A stretch of DNA of 64,000 nucleotides from Lama glama (lineage: Eukaryota): the NCBI GenBank assembly GCA_028534125.1, contig CM052816.1, positions 61,320,001-61,384,000 of the forward strand, written 5' to 3'. The notes beneath the pieces were generated by a model. The model searched no databases. It was not told where the DNA came from and worked only from the letters and a program-made list of their open reading frames with translations. Both the position numbers and the translations under genes were made by a program. This document shows, in pieces, positions 38,436 through 50,009 of this stretch. The first letter of the stretch is position 1. Every line of letters starts with the position of its first letter.

Positions 38436-39812
38436 GTAACACATTTCAGAATACTTATTTTAGCATTCCACATGAGGTAGCTGTTACTATTTCAAGAGAA
38501 ATAATTCAGTAGATATTTATAAATTTTCTGCTCTTTATTTTGAGTACAATCTATATGGAAGGTGCTATACTTGGTACCTTGGAGTTTAAACAAAAAGAAA
38601 TAAGGTAGTTGATGTCCATCAGAAACTTTTATGTACATAAGTAAGCCTGTTAAGTGTATTATTTCTAATACAAAGAAAACTGGTAACTTCAGTAATATTA
38701 ACAAAGTATGGTGGGAAATTAGAGAGTAGTTCTAAAGGTGGAATTCTAAGATTTATAAAAAATTTGAATTGAAATTATGATGAGTTGAAATTAGGGGTAA
38801 GACTTTGAGTCAATATGTGAAGGAAGGAACACTGCAGGCAGAAAAAATAAAAGCATGAGTATTTTTAGGGAGCATCAAGCAGATCTGTATGTGGGGGAGT
38901 AGGCAGAGGATGAAAAAATCTAAGAGTAACAGATGACGCCATGTCGAAAAGGCCTGACAGGGTCTGACTGAGAAATTTAGGTTTTATTCTGTGAGCAAAG
39001 AACCATCAAAAGGTTTTTGGGCTAGTTGGTGATAAGATCATATCAGTGTTTTAAGATTGTAATCCTGGGGGTATGATGTAGAATTCATGAGGGTCAAGGG
39101 AGTGGAGACAGGCAGATGGAGTAAATTGCTGCAGTAATTCAAGTGAGAATTAACAAATTCCTGAATTAGAGGAATAGAAGGGTAGAAGCAGATTGAAGAG
39201 ACTTTTTCATTGAGATAGAATTGTTAGAATTTGGTGCCTGAATGGGGAGGATGAACAGGGAGTAGCTGGGTTGCTAGATCTTGAGCCTAAACTTCTGGGA
39301 TGAGGAGAATGCTTTTCTTTAGTGTAGTAAGGGGGGCTTAGATATCATAAGAAGGAAGAACAGGATGAACAGTAAAGGATTTTCCCCTTAATTAAAAAAA
39401 AAGAGGCAAACTATTAAGAGCTGATGTACTTTGTTTTATTTATGATTAAAAACATGCAAATAAGGCAAAGTGAAATACCATTTTCCACTTGCCGTAATTG
39501 TTAAAGACAAAATGTTTGATAATCCTCAGACTTGCATATACTGTTGGTGTATTAAACTGAAACATTTTCTTGGAGGACAATATAATACTTGTCAAAGTTT
39601 TAGATGTGCATGCACTTTACCCTGTATTTCTATCTCTAGTAATGTCTCCTGCAGGCAAATATCCTAAGGTTATTCTAGGGACAATTTTGCAAATGTACGT
39701 ATGTAAAAAATATATATGTTTGCATCTATTTGTATGTATTTGTAATAGCACAGAAGCACATGACTTCAACCTACATATACAGTATAGGACTGGTTAAGAA
39801 AAGTGTGTTCCA

Positions 39813-40073
39813 ACTAGTTGGCCATATAGCAGTTGCACTGTGCAATATTACAATAAGGACTGGGAAAATTTTAATGGATGTAAAGTCTATTACGGTTTGG
39901 GATAGTATTTCTCTCTAGTTCTCAGTGATTTAAATGTGACCAAGCCTTCTGTACTTTGTCACAAAAAGCGGGTTTTCCAGGTGTCTATTTTGGTGTGTCA
40001 AAATAAGAATTTATGGTGTATTACTGTCAATTCACTTTGAATTAAAATATATATATTGCAGCAAAAAAAAAAA
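39813..40073 (+). pseudogene. 5'-truncated processed retrocopy (3'UTR only) of an unidentified mRNA
   Basis: ATTAAA at 40041-40046, A13 at 40063-40075, diverged 17-bp TSD (aagaaaagtgtgttcca 39796-39812, aagaaaactatattcca 40074-40090) at a TT|AAGA site; it interrupts an old L1 3' fragment. Confidence 0.7.
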
Positions 40074-40685
40074 AAGAAAACTATATTCCACCTACACAGT
40101 GGAATGCAACTCAGATGTTAAAAATAATGTGGAAAATCTGCTTGTCCTGATAATGGAAAGATACCTATATCTTCAAGATGTGTATTAACTAAAAAAAAAA
40201 AAAAGACTAGAGTATGTTCCTACTTATTTTGCATGAATGTGCATGAAAGTTTTCTGGAAAAATATGAAATAAATTGTTACTGATGCTTGCTTCTGGGAAG
40301 AAGTAGGTATTCAGTAGTGTTAGGAGTGAGAATTTAATAAACTCTTCTTATATAAACCCTATATAAAAGCCATTTTTTTAATGATATACATGTGTTAATT
40401 TCTTTTTAAGTTGATGCCTTATAATTACCTAGGCAGTTTCGTTCATTTAGGGGGCATGGCCTTTACTGATTTCATTGTGAGGCTCTTCTTACAAACTATA
40501 TTATAACCAAAACTCTTAATTTTTTTCTATTCTCATTAATCTCAGGATAATTACTGAACGGTGAATTTAGGTTTTAACTTTAGGCTTTTGTTAGAATGGT
40601 ACCAACAGAATTCTAGATAGCAATAATTACAAAAATGATAATTTTGATGGGCTGATTAAAATTCTGATGTGTATATATCTTTCAG

Positions 40686-40865
40686 GATGTTGCTGGAGCT
40701 CTGTCAGTAGAAGAAATCACAGAACTTCTTAGTCTGCATAAGTTGTGCTGTGGACGAAGCTGGTACATTCAGGGCTGTGATGCTCGAAGTGGTATGGGAC
40801 TGTATGAAGGGTTGGACTGGCTCTCACGGCAACTTGTGGCTGCTGGAGTATTGGATGTTGCCTGA
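40686..40865 (+). CDS. TRIM23: TRIM23 exon 11 coding part including TGA
   Basis: ttcag|[65 protein letters not shown]. Confidence 0.97.
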   Translation, partial: DVAGALSVEEITELLSLHKLCCGRSWYIQGCDARSGMGLYEGLDWLSRQLVAAGVLDVA

Positions 40866-43030
40866 TTTTAAACGCAGCAGCTGTTTACAGTTTTGTGATT
40901 AAGAGTTATTTTGCACACAGTATGTTGTAATAAATTCTGTATCTCAAAGATAATTAGTTAACTTAGGATGTGTATATAAAAGGACTCTTGGATTGGAAAT
41001 TCAGTACAATATTGCTTTTAAAATATTCTGTAGTGAACTGTATCTGATTGAGTAGATTAAATTGGATTAAATAGGAATTCACTGAGTATACTTTTTTGAG
41101 AAATAATTTGTTATTTAAAATTTTCAGATTATATGTGACCCATATATTGGGAAAGAAGTAATCACAGAGAAAGGGTAGGTGAAGGTTTATTCTTTCAATG
41201 AAAAAAGACTATCTAACTGAGTGCCTAATGGAACCTCTGTATGAAGCAAGCGAAGCATGGCTTCTTCTTTAACTTGCCTTTTCACTGGGTTTGGCAGTAT
41301 TAATTTAGTGACAGTGACTTAATGAAATAAAATCCAAACTGCATCTTTGGGTAATAGGATTAATTTAATGTTCAGTATAACAGAACACCTTTAATGCTAA
41401 GAACTATAAGCTATTGAAAATTAGTATTTTATACAGTGTTTTACTAAAAGTTTCTTGTAAAACCTTTTGTATAAAACTCAGTGAGTCAGAATGAAATGTT
41501 ACCTAACTAGGCCTGTCAGATTAGTACTACACTGAAGAACAATTCATAACAGAACTGTGAACGTCAGTTATATACTAGTTGATCTTCACTTATGAAAGAC
41601 TCATTTGTAGGGCTGAGCCTGGATGTAATAATTTCCTAGGTCAGACCTCTAAATTGGCCCTTATATTTTTCCAACATATTTAAAGTACTTAGTGTGTTTC
41701 TTTTTAACATAATATTGCATCTTTAGTGAGAGTGGCTACAGGTAAAATGTAGTAAGTTACACATAGAAACCTGGGTTGGTTTTGCATAAAAGGTAGAGAT
41801 CTAAGTAGCAAACTGCCTTTACCTCAAGAGAAGTCATTTAAGCAGTGGAGACTGCTTATTACCTTACTTTAAAATGTTTTCCCAAAATAAGTGCATTTAT
41901 CTTGACAATAAAACATGATCAAGGCTTTTCATGACAAGGCCTTGGAAAGTTGTTTGAGAGAGAGAACGTGTAGAGGAAGGAAAAGAAATGTTCAAAAAGT
42001 TTATACCACATTTATTATGCAGTGTTCGAAGTAAAAGTTTAAAACTTGTGCTCTTTACTGTTTTTCATTTTTTAAGGAAACTCCCTTATTATGGCAGTAC
42101 AATTTATATTTAAACATAGCCAGATTGGATTTTATGGGTTTTTAAAAAATGCTCTTTATATTTTAGGATGAAGTTGAATCCTAAATCTTATTATTTGAAT
42201 TCCTATAAGGACATTGATGTCTGATGACAAGATGACTTTTTGGTGGCACTGTTCTAGTTCAGTCTCTTCAAATGTATTTTTGTTTAAAACAAAACTTTGA
42301 GAAAACAATGCATTAAAAAAAGTCCATCAGTGTTATGGGCAGTGTGTAAATATGTAAATATAATATTTCATCCTTTATTTTTCAAGTAAAAGGTCATGCC
42401 ATTACACATGTAGCTTGTGCATATAAGTCATTCTTCTGAATTAGTATTTGATTGCAATAACTGTGAAAAATTTAAAACATGTTACATTTACCTTGAGCCC
42501 TTGAACTGTTTTCTCTACTAGGTAACTGAAAAAAAAGTCTGACACTAACATGTAAACTTGCTTTCCTTGTAAATTATTTCACCAATTTAGCTAAACATTT
42601 AAATTCACGTTCCTAGCATATTGTTAAAACATAATTTAAAAATTGCTTAGAAGTGATTATAATGTACATAACAGTAGTGTTTGCGTGTGATTTTTTTTTT
42701 TAAGAAATATTTTTCTCAGGTTCTTATTACTATTTGTGGTTGTATTTTTTCACTAATTATTAGTTAAGATTGTGTTAGTTCCCTCTGGGAAATGTCAAAT
42801 TTAAGAATAAGAGAAAGGTTTTAAATACAGCCTATTAGGATTTGTCTCCTAGCTCTGAATTTCTGTATTAAGCCTTAATAGTATTGTATGGTTTATGAAA
42901 GCAGGCTTTTTTAAGTGTATAGCCCTGGTCTGTAATTCTGGAATGCTTTATAATCACCAGAAGCCATTATTTGCATTACATATATGATCAGTATAGACAG
43001 CAATAAAATATTGAAATTATTTTAAAGTCC
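40866..43030 (+). other. TRIM23: TRIM23 3'UTR (inferred extent) with alternative poly(A) signals
   Basis: AU-rich stretch with no recognised repeats; AATAAA at 40929, 41326, 41907 and 43002. The distal signal is followed by T/GT-rich sequence. The true end is not provable from sequence. Confidence 0.6.
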
Positions 43031-44709
43031 TATCATTATTCTAAAAATTCTGTTTCTTGAACTGTTTATCTAGTACTATTGCTAGTAACCAGTTAGTCAT
43101 ATTTCTGCTGCAGTTAAGAAAACCAGTAAGACAAAAAGGGGAAGGGATTGACTTGCATGTCCAATTTGAGATGCAGTTTATTAAAAATTTAGAAATAACT
43201 TACTATTTGCAATTTAGGTCCCATTACATGTTTTATAAATGTAGTGTTTTGAAAGGAGAGCTAAAATTTTGCACTGAACAAAGTAAAACTTGCTTTTTAA
43301 ATTTAACCTTGTTTCATGCTGCATTTTAAGTAACTGTTTTGAGAAAATGGCTTGGAAAACTTAGCTATATCCTATAGGCTAATGATGCTAAAAAAAAAAA
43401 AACAAACTTTTTATGTAACATTGAGATACTTCTCAATTTTCAAAGTGGTAATGAGGAAGACAGCTGTGCTTTTCCCTAAAAGAATAATGAATGAAAAGGA
43501 CTAATGAGTATAAGTATCAGATGTTATTGCTAATAATTTAAAACACAATTAAAAAAAGACATCTGGCAGTGTATGCTTTTAGGTCTACTGATTAAATCTG
43601 TGATATAGAATAGAAAAATTCATTAATCAAAGTATTTTGGGGAGAATGAGGCATTACCACCACCACTTGGTGGCAGTATTACCAAAAATTTAGGATTTAG
43701 CGTTTAGGAATGATTAAGTTGCTAGGTAGGTAGGTCAAAACACCTAAAATTAGGGAGAAAAGGCAAATGTCATAGTGAAAATCATCTTGTGTCCAAATTT
43801 TAGTTCTACTTTTTAAAAGGAGGACACAATATTAATTTAAAGTAGAACAGTTTTGCATATTCTTCTGTATCACAGTTTGTGGTACAAAGTGGGTAAAGGA
43901 AATAATATTACTGATCAATAGAAAAGTCTAAGTTTACATTTACAGCATAAGGATGCGAAGTCTATTGAACATGTTCCTCCTAAATGTTCTTAAGAGTCTG
44001 GAAAGGAGAAGCAGTGGTTCTGAATAGCTACAAAGTAATTTATAAGGGTAAGTAAAGAAGAAATGATATCAATGTAAGATTGGACTCATTGTTTTATTGC
44101 TCAAATTTCTACTAATCTATTATTAGATAATATTTTTACTCAATATATACTTTCTTGACTACATTTAGTAAGGTAAGAAAAGATATACTATAACTTGGAG
44201 ACAAAAATTGTTTAGCTACATTAGAAAAATGATGTGAAAACAGTAAATGAATCAGTATATAAAACCAAGGACTCAGGTATTCATTTATTCTGATTCTTAT
44301 ATTTGAAAGAATATTCCACAATTATTAAGGAATTTAACACTTCTGACTAAAGGTACTTCCTATTTATTTATTGAAGTTTTACTCCCACTACTTACTACTT
44401 AACTAATCAAAAAACAAAATTATTTGGCATGACACACAAACCTTGTAAGAGAAAGGATATAGTATATTACTATCAGATCCTGGTATGCTTTTTTAGTGGA
44501 TCTAAAGAAGCATATGAGGGCATATTTCTAAAAAGCTAAGGAACAAATACATAACCATTCTTATCACTTAATATGGTTTTAAGTCTCATGAGAAATACAT
44601 GTAAAGAGTGCTGTGTCTCAGTTTTAGTCCATTTCAATTAATCACCTCCTAGGATGAGAAATACTGCAAGAAAACTCAAAGGCAGAGTTTTTTTTTTTTT
44701 TAAATAGCC

Positions 44710-44715
44710 TTTAAT
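44710..44715 (-). terminator. PPWD1: Candidate PPWD1 poly(A) signal ATTAAA
   Basis: ATTAAA on the minus strand about 135 nt after the stop codon, followed closely by a genomic A14 run (44688-44701). Confidence 0.5.
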
Positions 44716-44848
44716 GAAAAATACAATACTGAATCCTTGAAACATGATTTGTATATTCAGCAAATCTTAAGGGCTTCTTCGTGTAAAATAATCCTATATT
44801 TAATATATGTGTATTTTTATTTACACATACAATGAGACAAATCTTATC

Positions 44849-44992
44849 TTACTTGACAGTAATATTTATGATGCTGACATCCTCATAGGGCTTATCTGTT
44901 TTGGGATTGACTTTGACGTTGGAGATCCTTTGTACAACTTCCATTCCTTTAGTCACTCGTCCAAATACTGTGTGCTTATTATCAAGCCAAGG
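44849..44992 (-). CDS. PPWD1: PPWD1 last exon (11) coding part including TAA
   Basis: cacag|[53 protein letters not shown]. Confidence 0.96.
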   Translation of the reverse strand, partial: PWLDNKHTVFGRVTKGMEVVQRISNVKVNPKTDKPYEDVSIINITVK

Positions 44993-45319
44993 CTGTGTTG
45001 GAGGACAAATGGAAAATCTTGGTAAGCCCAGATTTCTTTAAACACACCCTCTGAGCAAATTAAAGAGAATTTATACTTTGGCTTTGCTTTTTAAATATAA
45101 CTTATAAGATATACTTCCACTTAGCATCTTTTAAGAGTGATTTCCATGTTTATATGACAAAATATAAAAGCAAAGTATAATGTCTAACTAAATATCTGCA
45201 TCTTTCAGATCAAAGGGAGTTGGAAGATGTTTGCTAAAGTTTCTTCACATGGTTTAAAGAATTATGGGTAAGGCTTTAAAAGTTCTCTGCAGGAATCCTA
45301 CCTGCACAGTTAAGAGGCA

Positions 45320-45530
45320 GTAAGGAATAGTTTATGCAGCATGTTCTTTGGCATCAGACAGATGGGAGCTCAGACACTGGCTCTGCTACTTACTTGATCT
45401 TTGAAAAGTTAATCATGTCTCATTGTTTCTTCATGTAATTTTTTAAAACTGGGTATACTGATATTAGAACTACTGTGAATATTACATGACACCATGTGCC
45501 TGGCAGATAGTAGTTACAAATATTTTCCCT
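45320..45530 (+). mobile_element. MIR SINE
   Basis: ggctctgctacttact ... ctgtgaatattacatgac ... tgcctggcagatagt. Confidence 0.55.
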
Positions 45531-46006
45531 TCATTGCTTGGTGCTTAATTCCAAAAATAAAATATAATTTTTATAATTTGGTGGAACTGCATAGTGATGG
45601 GGAGCTAGATATTCTTACATTGTATTTCATCAAATCTACAATGTCATTGATTATGGGTTCCACTCTGATTTCAGAGATAGAAAAATGTGGAAAAAAAGTG
45701 TTAATATCAGGAATTCTTGTACTCTAATCCTCCCATTCTAAAGATGAGGAAACAAGCCCAGAGGTAAAATAATTAGTAGTGGCAAAGTTCGCTTAAACTC
45801 AAGTGTCCTGAATTACAAAATGATTGTTATACAAAGTTAAATCTGATTTGTTAGGTAATTTTAATTTTTTTCTAAATTGTTTCCATTTTTATATTTTGGC
45901 AGATACAAATAATGGTAGAGAATAAAGCAGCTCTCTCTTCACTGAATTCACTCTCTCAGATCATAACCTATAAATCTTCAGCTTATAGCAATGCTTTTCT
46001 ACTTAC

Positions 46007-46189
46007 CGTTGGTACTACTGTTATGAAAAACTGGGATCCATTAGTGTTTGATCCAGCATTGGCCATGCTGAGTGTATATGGTCTGTCATGTCGCAATGTT
46101 GAATGAAATTCATCTTCAAATTCTCCTCCCCATATGCTTTCTCCTCCCATACCAGTACCTGTTGGATCTCCTGTCTGAATCATGAAGCC
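46007..46189 (-). CDS. PPWD1: PPWD1 exon 10
   Basis: gttag|[30 protein letters not shown]...[14 protein letters not shown]|gtaagt. Confidence 0.97.
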
Positions 46190-47118
46190 CTAACAGAAAG
46201 TAGACAAAACTGTATTATACATATTACATATACGTATGCTTTGGAGTCTGTTTGTCAAGTGTTTTGCAGTCAGTGAAATCTTAACTTTATTAAGTCATCC
46301 TATAAAGTGATTAAACCCATAGTTATATTTTAATTTGGGTAATGTATTTCCATTGCTTAACTAGTACACTACTTCAGTGACTGAAACAAAAATGCAGAGG
46401 TCTTTCCATTTATAAACATGTAGTATCTTGCTCATCTAGTTAAAGCCAATTATTAGTGTAAATGAGTTTTAGGATATTGTATACCATGTTAGGTCTTACA
46501 TAACTACCCCACTCTTCTATCCTCCCTTTCCCTACTCTGGATTTCCTAGTGAGTAATTTCACCACTTCCTTCAGAACCCTGAAAGCTGATTTTTACTTCC
46601 AACATTTTTCCTGCCATTTCTGACCTGCAAGTAACCAAGAACTACATCACTGCCCCATCCATTTTACGGAATGCTGCTCAGCAAAATCCTAGGCTGAGTT
46701 CATTCTGCTCTTTAGGTATTAACGGTAGTTTTCACAGATAAAATGGCAACATGGCTCTTCTATTATTTAATCTTATCTTCTAGATCTAGACCTTATCTAA
46801 CCACTAGGAACATGTTACCCTGGCTATAGGTTTTATCTTAGCAAGACACTTTACTCATTATCTGACCCTTTGATTTAGCTGCTGACAAAAATATTGCTGC
46901 ATTGTTTCTAAAAAGGTAACCATGCTACTATCCCTATATCCTTGATTCTGGATCTGATATTCATGACCATCCATTTTTCTTTGGGCTTCGATAGTCCGTT
47001 TCTTCTATTCCTTTCTAATAAACTCCTAAGTGGGAGAGAATAAGATTCTTTACATTTAAACCTCTTGTTATGTAATAACATACTATCCCTTAAATCATAT
47101 AAAATTTGTATAACTTAC

Positions 47119-47200
47119 CTTAATTATACGGTGAAATGTATGCCCATTATAATAACCATTTCTGCTGTGAACACAGAAGTTTTCCACTGTCTTAGGGCAC
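47119..47200 (-). CDS. PPWD1: PPWD1 exon 9
   Basis: actag|[34 protein letters not shown]|gtaagt. Confidence 0.96.
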
Positions 47201-48558
47201 CTAGTAAGAAATATATTAAAAATGTGAAATCTATTGGCAGCATCTTAGGACAGTTTCCTTTGTAGTTTGGCTTCCTAATGGGTGTTTGCAGTATCTTTTG
47301 AATGCTTCAGAAGGACAGGCTGTTTTTCGTAATTTCTGATTTCAGGACAACCAAGAGTTGGAAGGGCATACAGGCAGTAGCAGTAGCAGATTCTTATAGT
47401 TTAACATTTTATCTTTAGATATGATTGCTTTTTACAGTTGAGTTTTACAGTATTTAGATTCCAAAGTCATTCTGCAGTTAAAAAAACATAATCATAGCAC
47501 TATATGTATATAGTTAACTGCACATAGTGGGGTTAAGTTCCTGGGAAAGGTAATTTTCTTAACAATGTCATAGTATGGTGACATATTCCTGACCAAGGAC
47601 TTATTCACTGAAATGACAGCTTCTAAATTTAACAAACTTTAAATGACAGTCACACACTCACACACACTCAGAGTATGAAGTTTCTAAATAATATTAACTA
47701 ATCTCATAAGATGATTTAATATAGTACATTATCATGTCGTAACTCCTAAAGCTAGGAATGGCAGACAGATTCAAAAGAATCTTGCACCAAACACATTAGG
47801 GAATAGGCTTAATGGATGCATGGGTTCTGAACACTTAAAAATGAGATGGTCCAGGAGTCTAGAACTGCCTAGTTTTTGGTTCAGTACCAAGGTACGGTTT
47901 GGATATAAAACATTCATGTCCAAAATAAATAAATGCTTTCAAGTCAAGGTGTTGTAAAAGATGTCCTCTTTCAGATCAAGAACAACCAGTGATATTGTAC
48001 TGTATTTGGTATTGCATATTCACTTTGCAAACTTTTAAACTGTCCAGAATACTTTTCTGCTTTTTCAAATGGAAGCCCTTTTTTTTTGTTGTTGTTGTTG
48101 TTGAAATTTATTTTTAAAACATCGCTACTGGGACTAAAGAATAGGTAATATATGTCTAGCAAATGTCAGGAAGGAAAAATAATTATCATCCCTTTTAAAG
48201 ATGTGCTTTGAGAGGAAAGCTACTTACAACAAACAAGCCACAAAACTTACAAAGTGTAAATTAATGATAATGGTGATATACACTTGTATAACACTTTATA
48301 GTTTACATTCAGTGCTTTCACAGCCGATATATTTTGATCTCATAATAATAAACCTGTGAAGTATGTGTATATATGTATAAAACTTTCCCATTTTCTAGCT
48401 TAACAGTTAACAGAAAGCTCAGGCTAGATGCTCAGACATTTAAATTCTTCAAAATTCCTTAAGTCAAAATAACAAGAACTTTTAAGTTGTATCATACGTT
48501 TCTTTGAATATACATATTTACGCTTGTGTGTATTTACAACAATGAAAATAGTACATAC

Positions 48559-48740
48559 TCAACAGGAAAAAGTTTGATGTGAATGTCTCCCATGCTTGTG
48601 TGGATAATGGCACTATCTGACACTCGTTTAGGTCCCTCAGCTTGGGTAGCTGCCATGACTTCTTCTTTAGAAGGTTTCTCATTAAAAACGTCTCGGTCAG
48701 AATCTGCACTTTTTGTATCTTCTGGTTCTCGTTTAGTAAA
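48559..48740 (-). CDS. PPWD1: PPWD1 exon 8
   Basis: ccttgag|[68 protein letters not shown]|gtatgt. Confidence 0.94.
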
Positions 48741-49089
48741 CTCAAGGAGGAAAATAAAAAGTGAATTAAACTTTTCATCTGGTTAAAATTTAGGACAAGA
48801 AAATTTCACTTCTAATGAAGTATTTGAGGAAAGTAAGAATTCCCATCAGAATAAATCCTTATTTTAGTAATCACTTCCTATCACAAGCTGTGTAAGGCAG
48901 TTAAATTATTTCTATACTTGTCTAATATGAAAATTCATATATTGAAGATATATGATTTCAAATGGAATTCAATTTTTTGGGGTGGAAATTTTTTTGAGTA
49001 TACATTTGACAAGATGCAGTTTTATTGGAGTAGTTCTCTGCTTCTGCCATATAGTACATCCTACCTAACCTGCCGCCTGTTGCTTATTC

Positions 49090-49310
49090 TTCACTATTTA
49101 GATTGTCTGGGCTTGGATTCTGGCTCTGCCTCTTACTAGTTACGTGACTTTGGTGAAGTAAATTAATTCCATTTCCTCATTCATAATGGGGATAATAATA
49201 ACTCCAAATGGTGCCTGCTGTGAAGATTAAATGAAGGAGTGGAAAGTGCTTAGAGAACAGTGCCTAACAGAAGAAGGTGCTATATACACATTAATAATTG
49301 TTATTACGAT
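49090..49310 (+). mobile_element. MIR SINE
   Basis: ctggctctgcctcttactagttacgtgactttgg ... tttcctcattcataatggggataataata ... gaagattaaatga (MIR core). Confidence 0.7.
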
Positions 49311-50009
49311 GAGCAGGACTGGCTGCTGGTAGGATGAGGATTCAAAAATGAATCAGTAATGGATCTTGACCTTCCACTTTTTTCTTCTTCTTTTTTTTTC
49401 AGCACCCTATCGATCTATCTAAATCCTAAAATGTACATTTTGAGTGAAGTTGTAGAAATCTCAAGATCTTCATGTTTTAGGGTGAATTGAGAAAACATTT
49501 TTTAGTTGTTAAAACTCTGACTTCTCAAGTCCTGTTTCTTTTATTTGACTCTTAGTAAGCAGAAATCTTTTTCTCTAAGACAGCTCTAACTGGGTATCAA
49601 CTAGTGCCCAGGCCCTGTCTTGCCCAATGTCATTCCTCGATCCACCTGGATAGATTCCAAATAATGGAACAATCAAGCTAGGATGTTACTGCCTTAACAT
49701 CTTACTCTCCAGTTGTCAGAGGAATGGCATGTCTGTTGTACTATTTAATTATATGAATTTTTAAATAGTTATCTTGATTTAGTTCATATATGGAACTATT
49801 AAAGTTCAAACTTTATAAAATTTTATTTCATGATACTTCATTTGAAAATTTTAGTTTTGCTAAAGAATATATATGCCTAATAAAACAATGAAAATTCATG
49901 AAAATGTTAGCTGTATAAATACACAGTGAGTGACAATTTTTGTTTTTCTATTTCTTTGAAGTTTATAGGAACAGACCTGGTTTAGTCAACATAAAAATAA
50001 ACTCTGGGG

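Noticed and set aside
44688..44715. ATTAAA plus genomic A14 as evidence of a retroposed PPWD1 end
   Set aside because: PPWD1 keeps its introns and no TSD is visible; it is an ordinary homopolymer, relevant only as an internal-priming risk.
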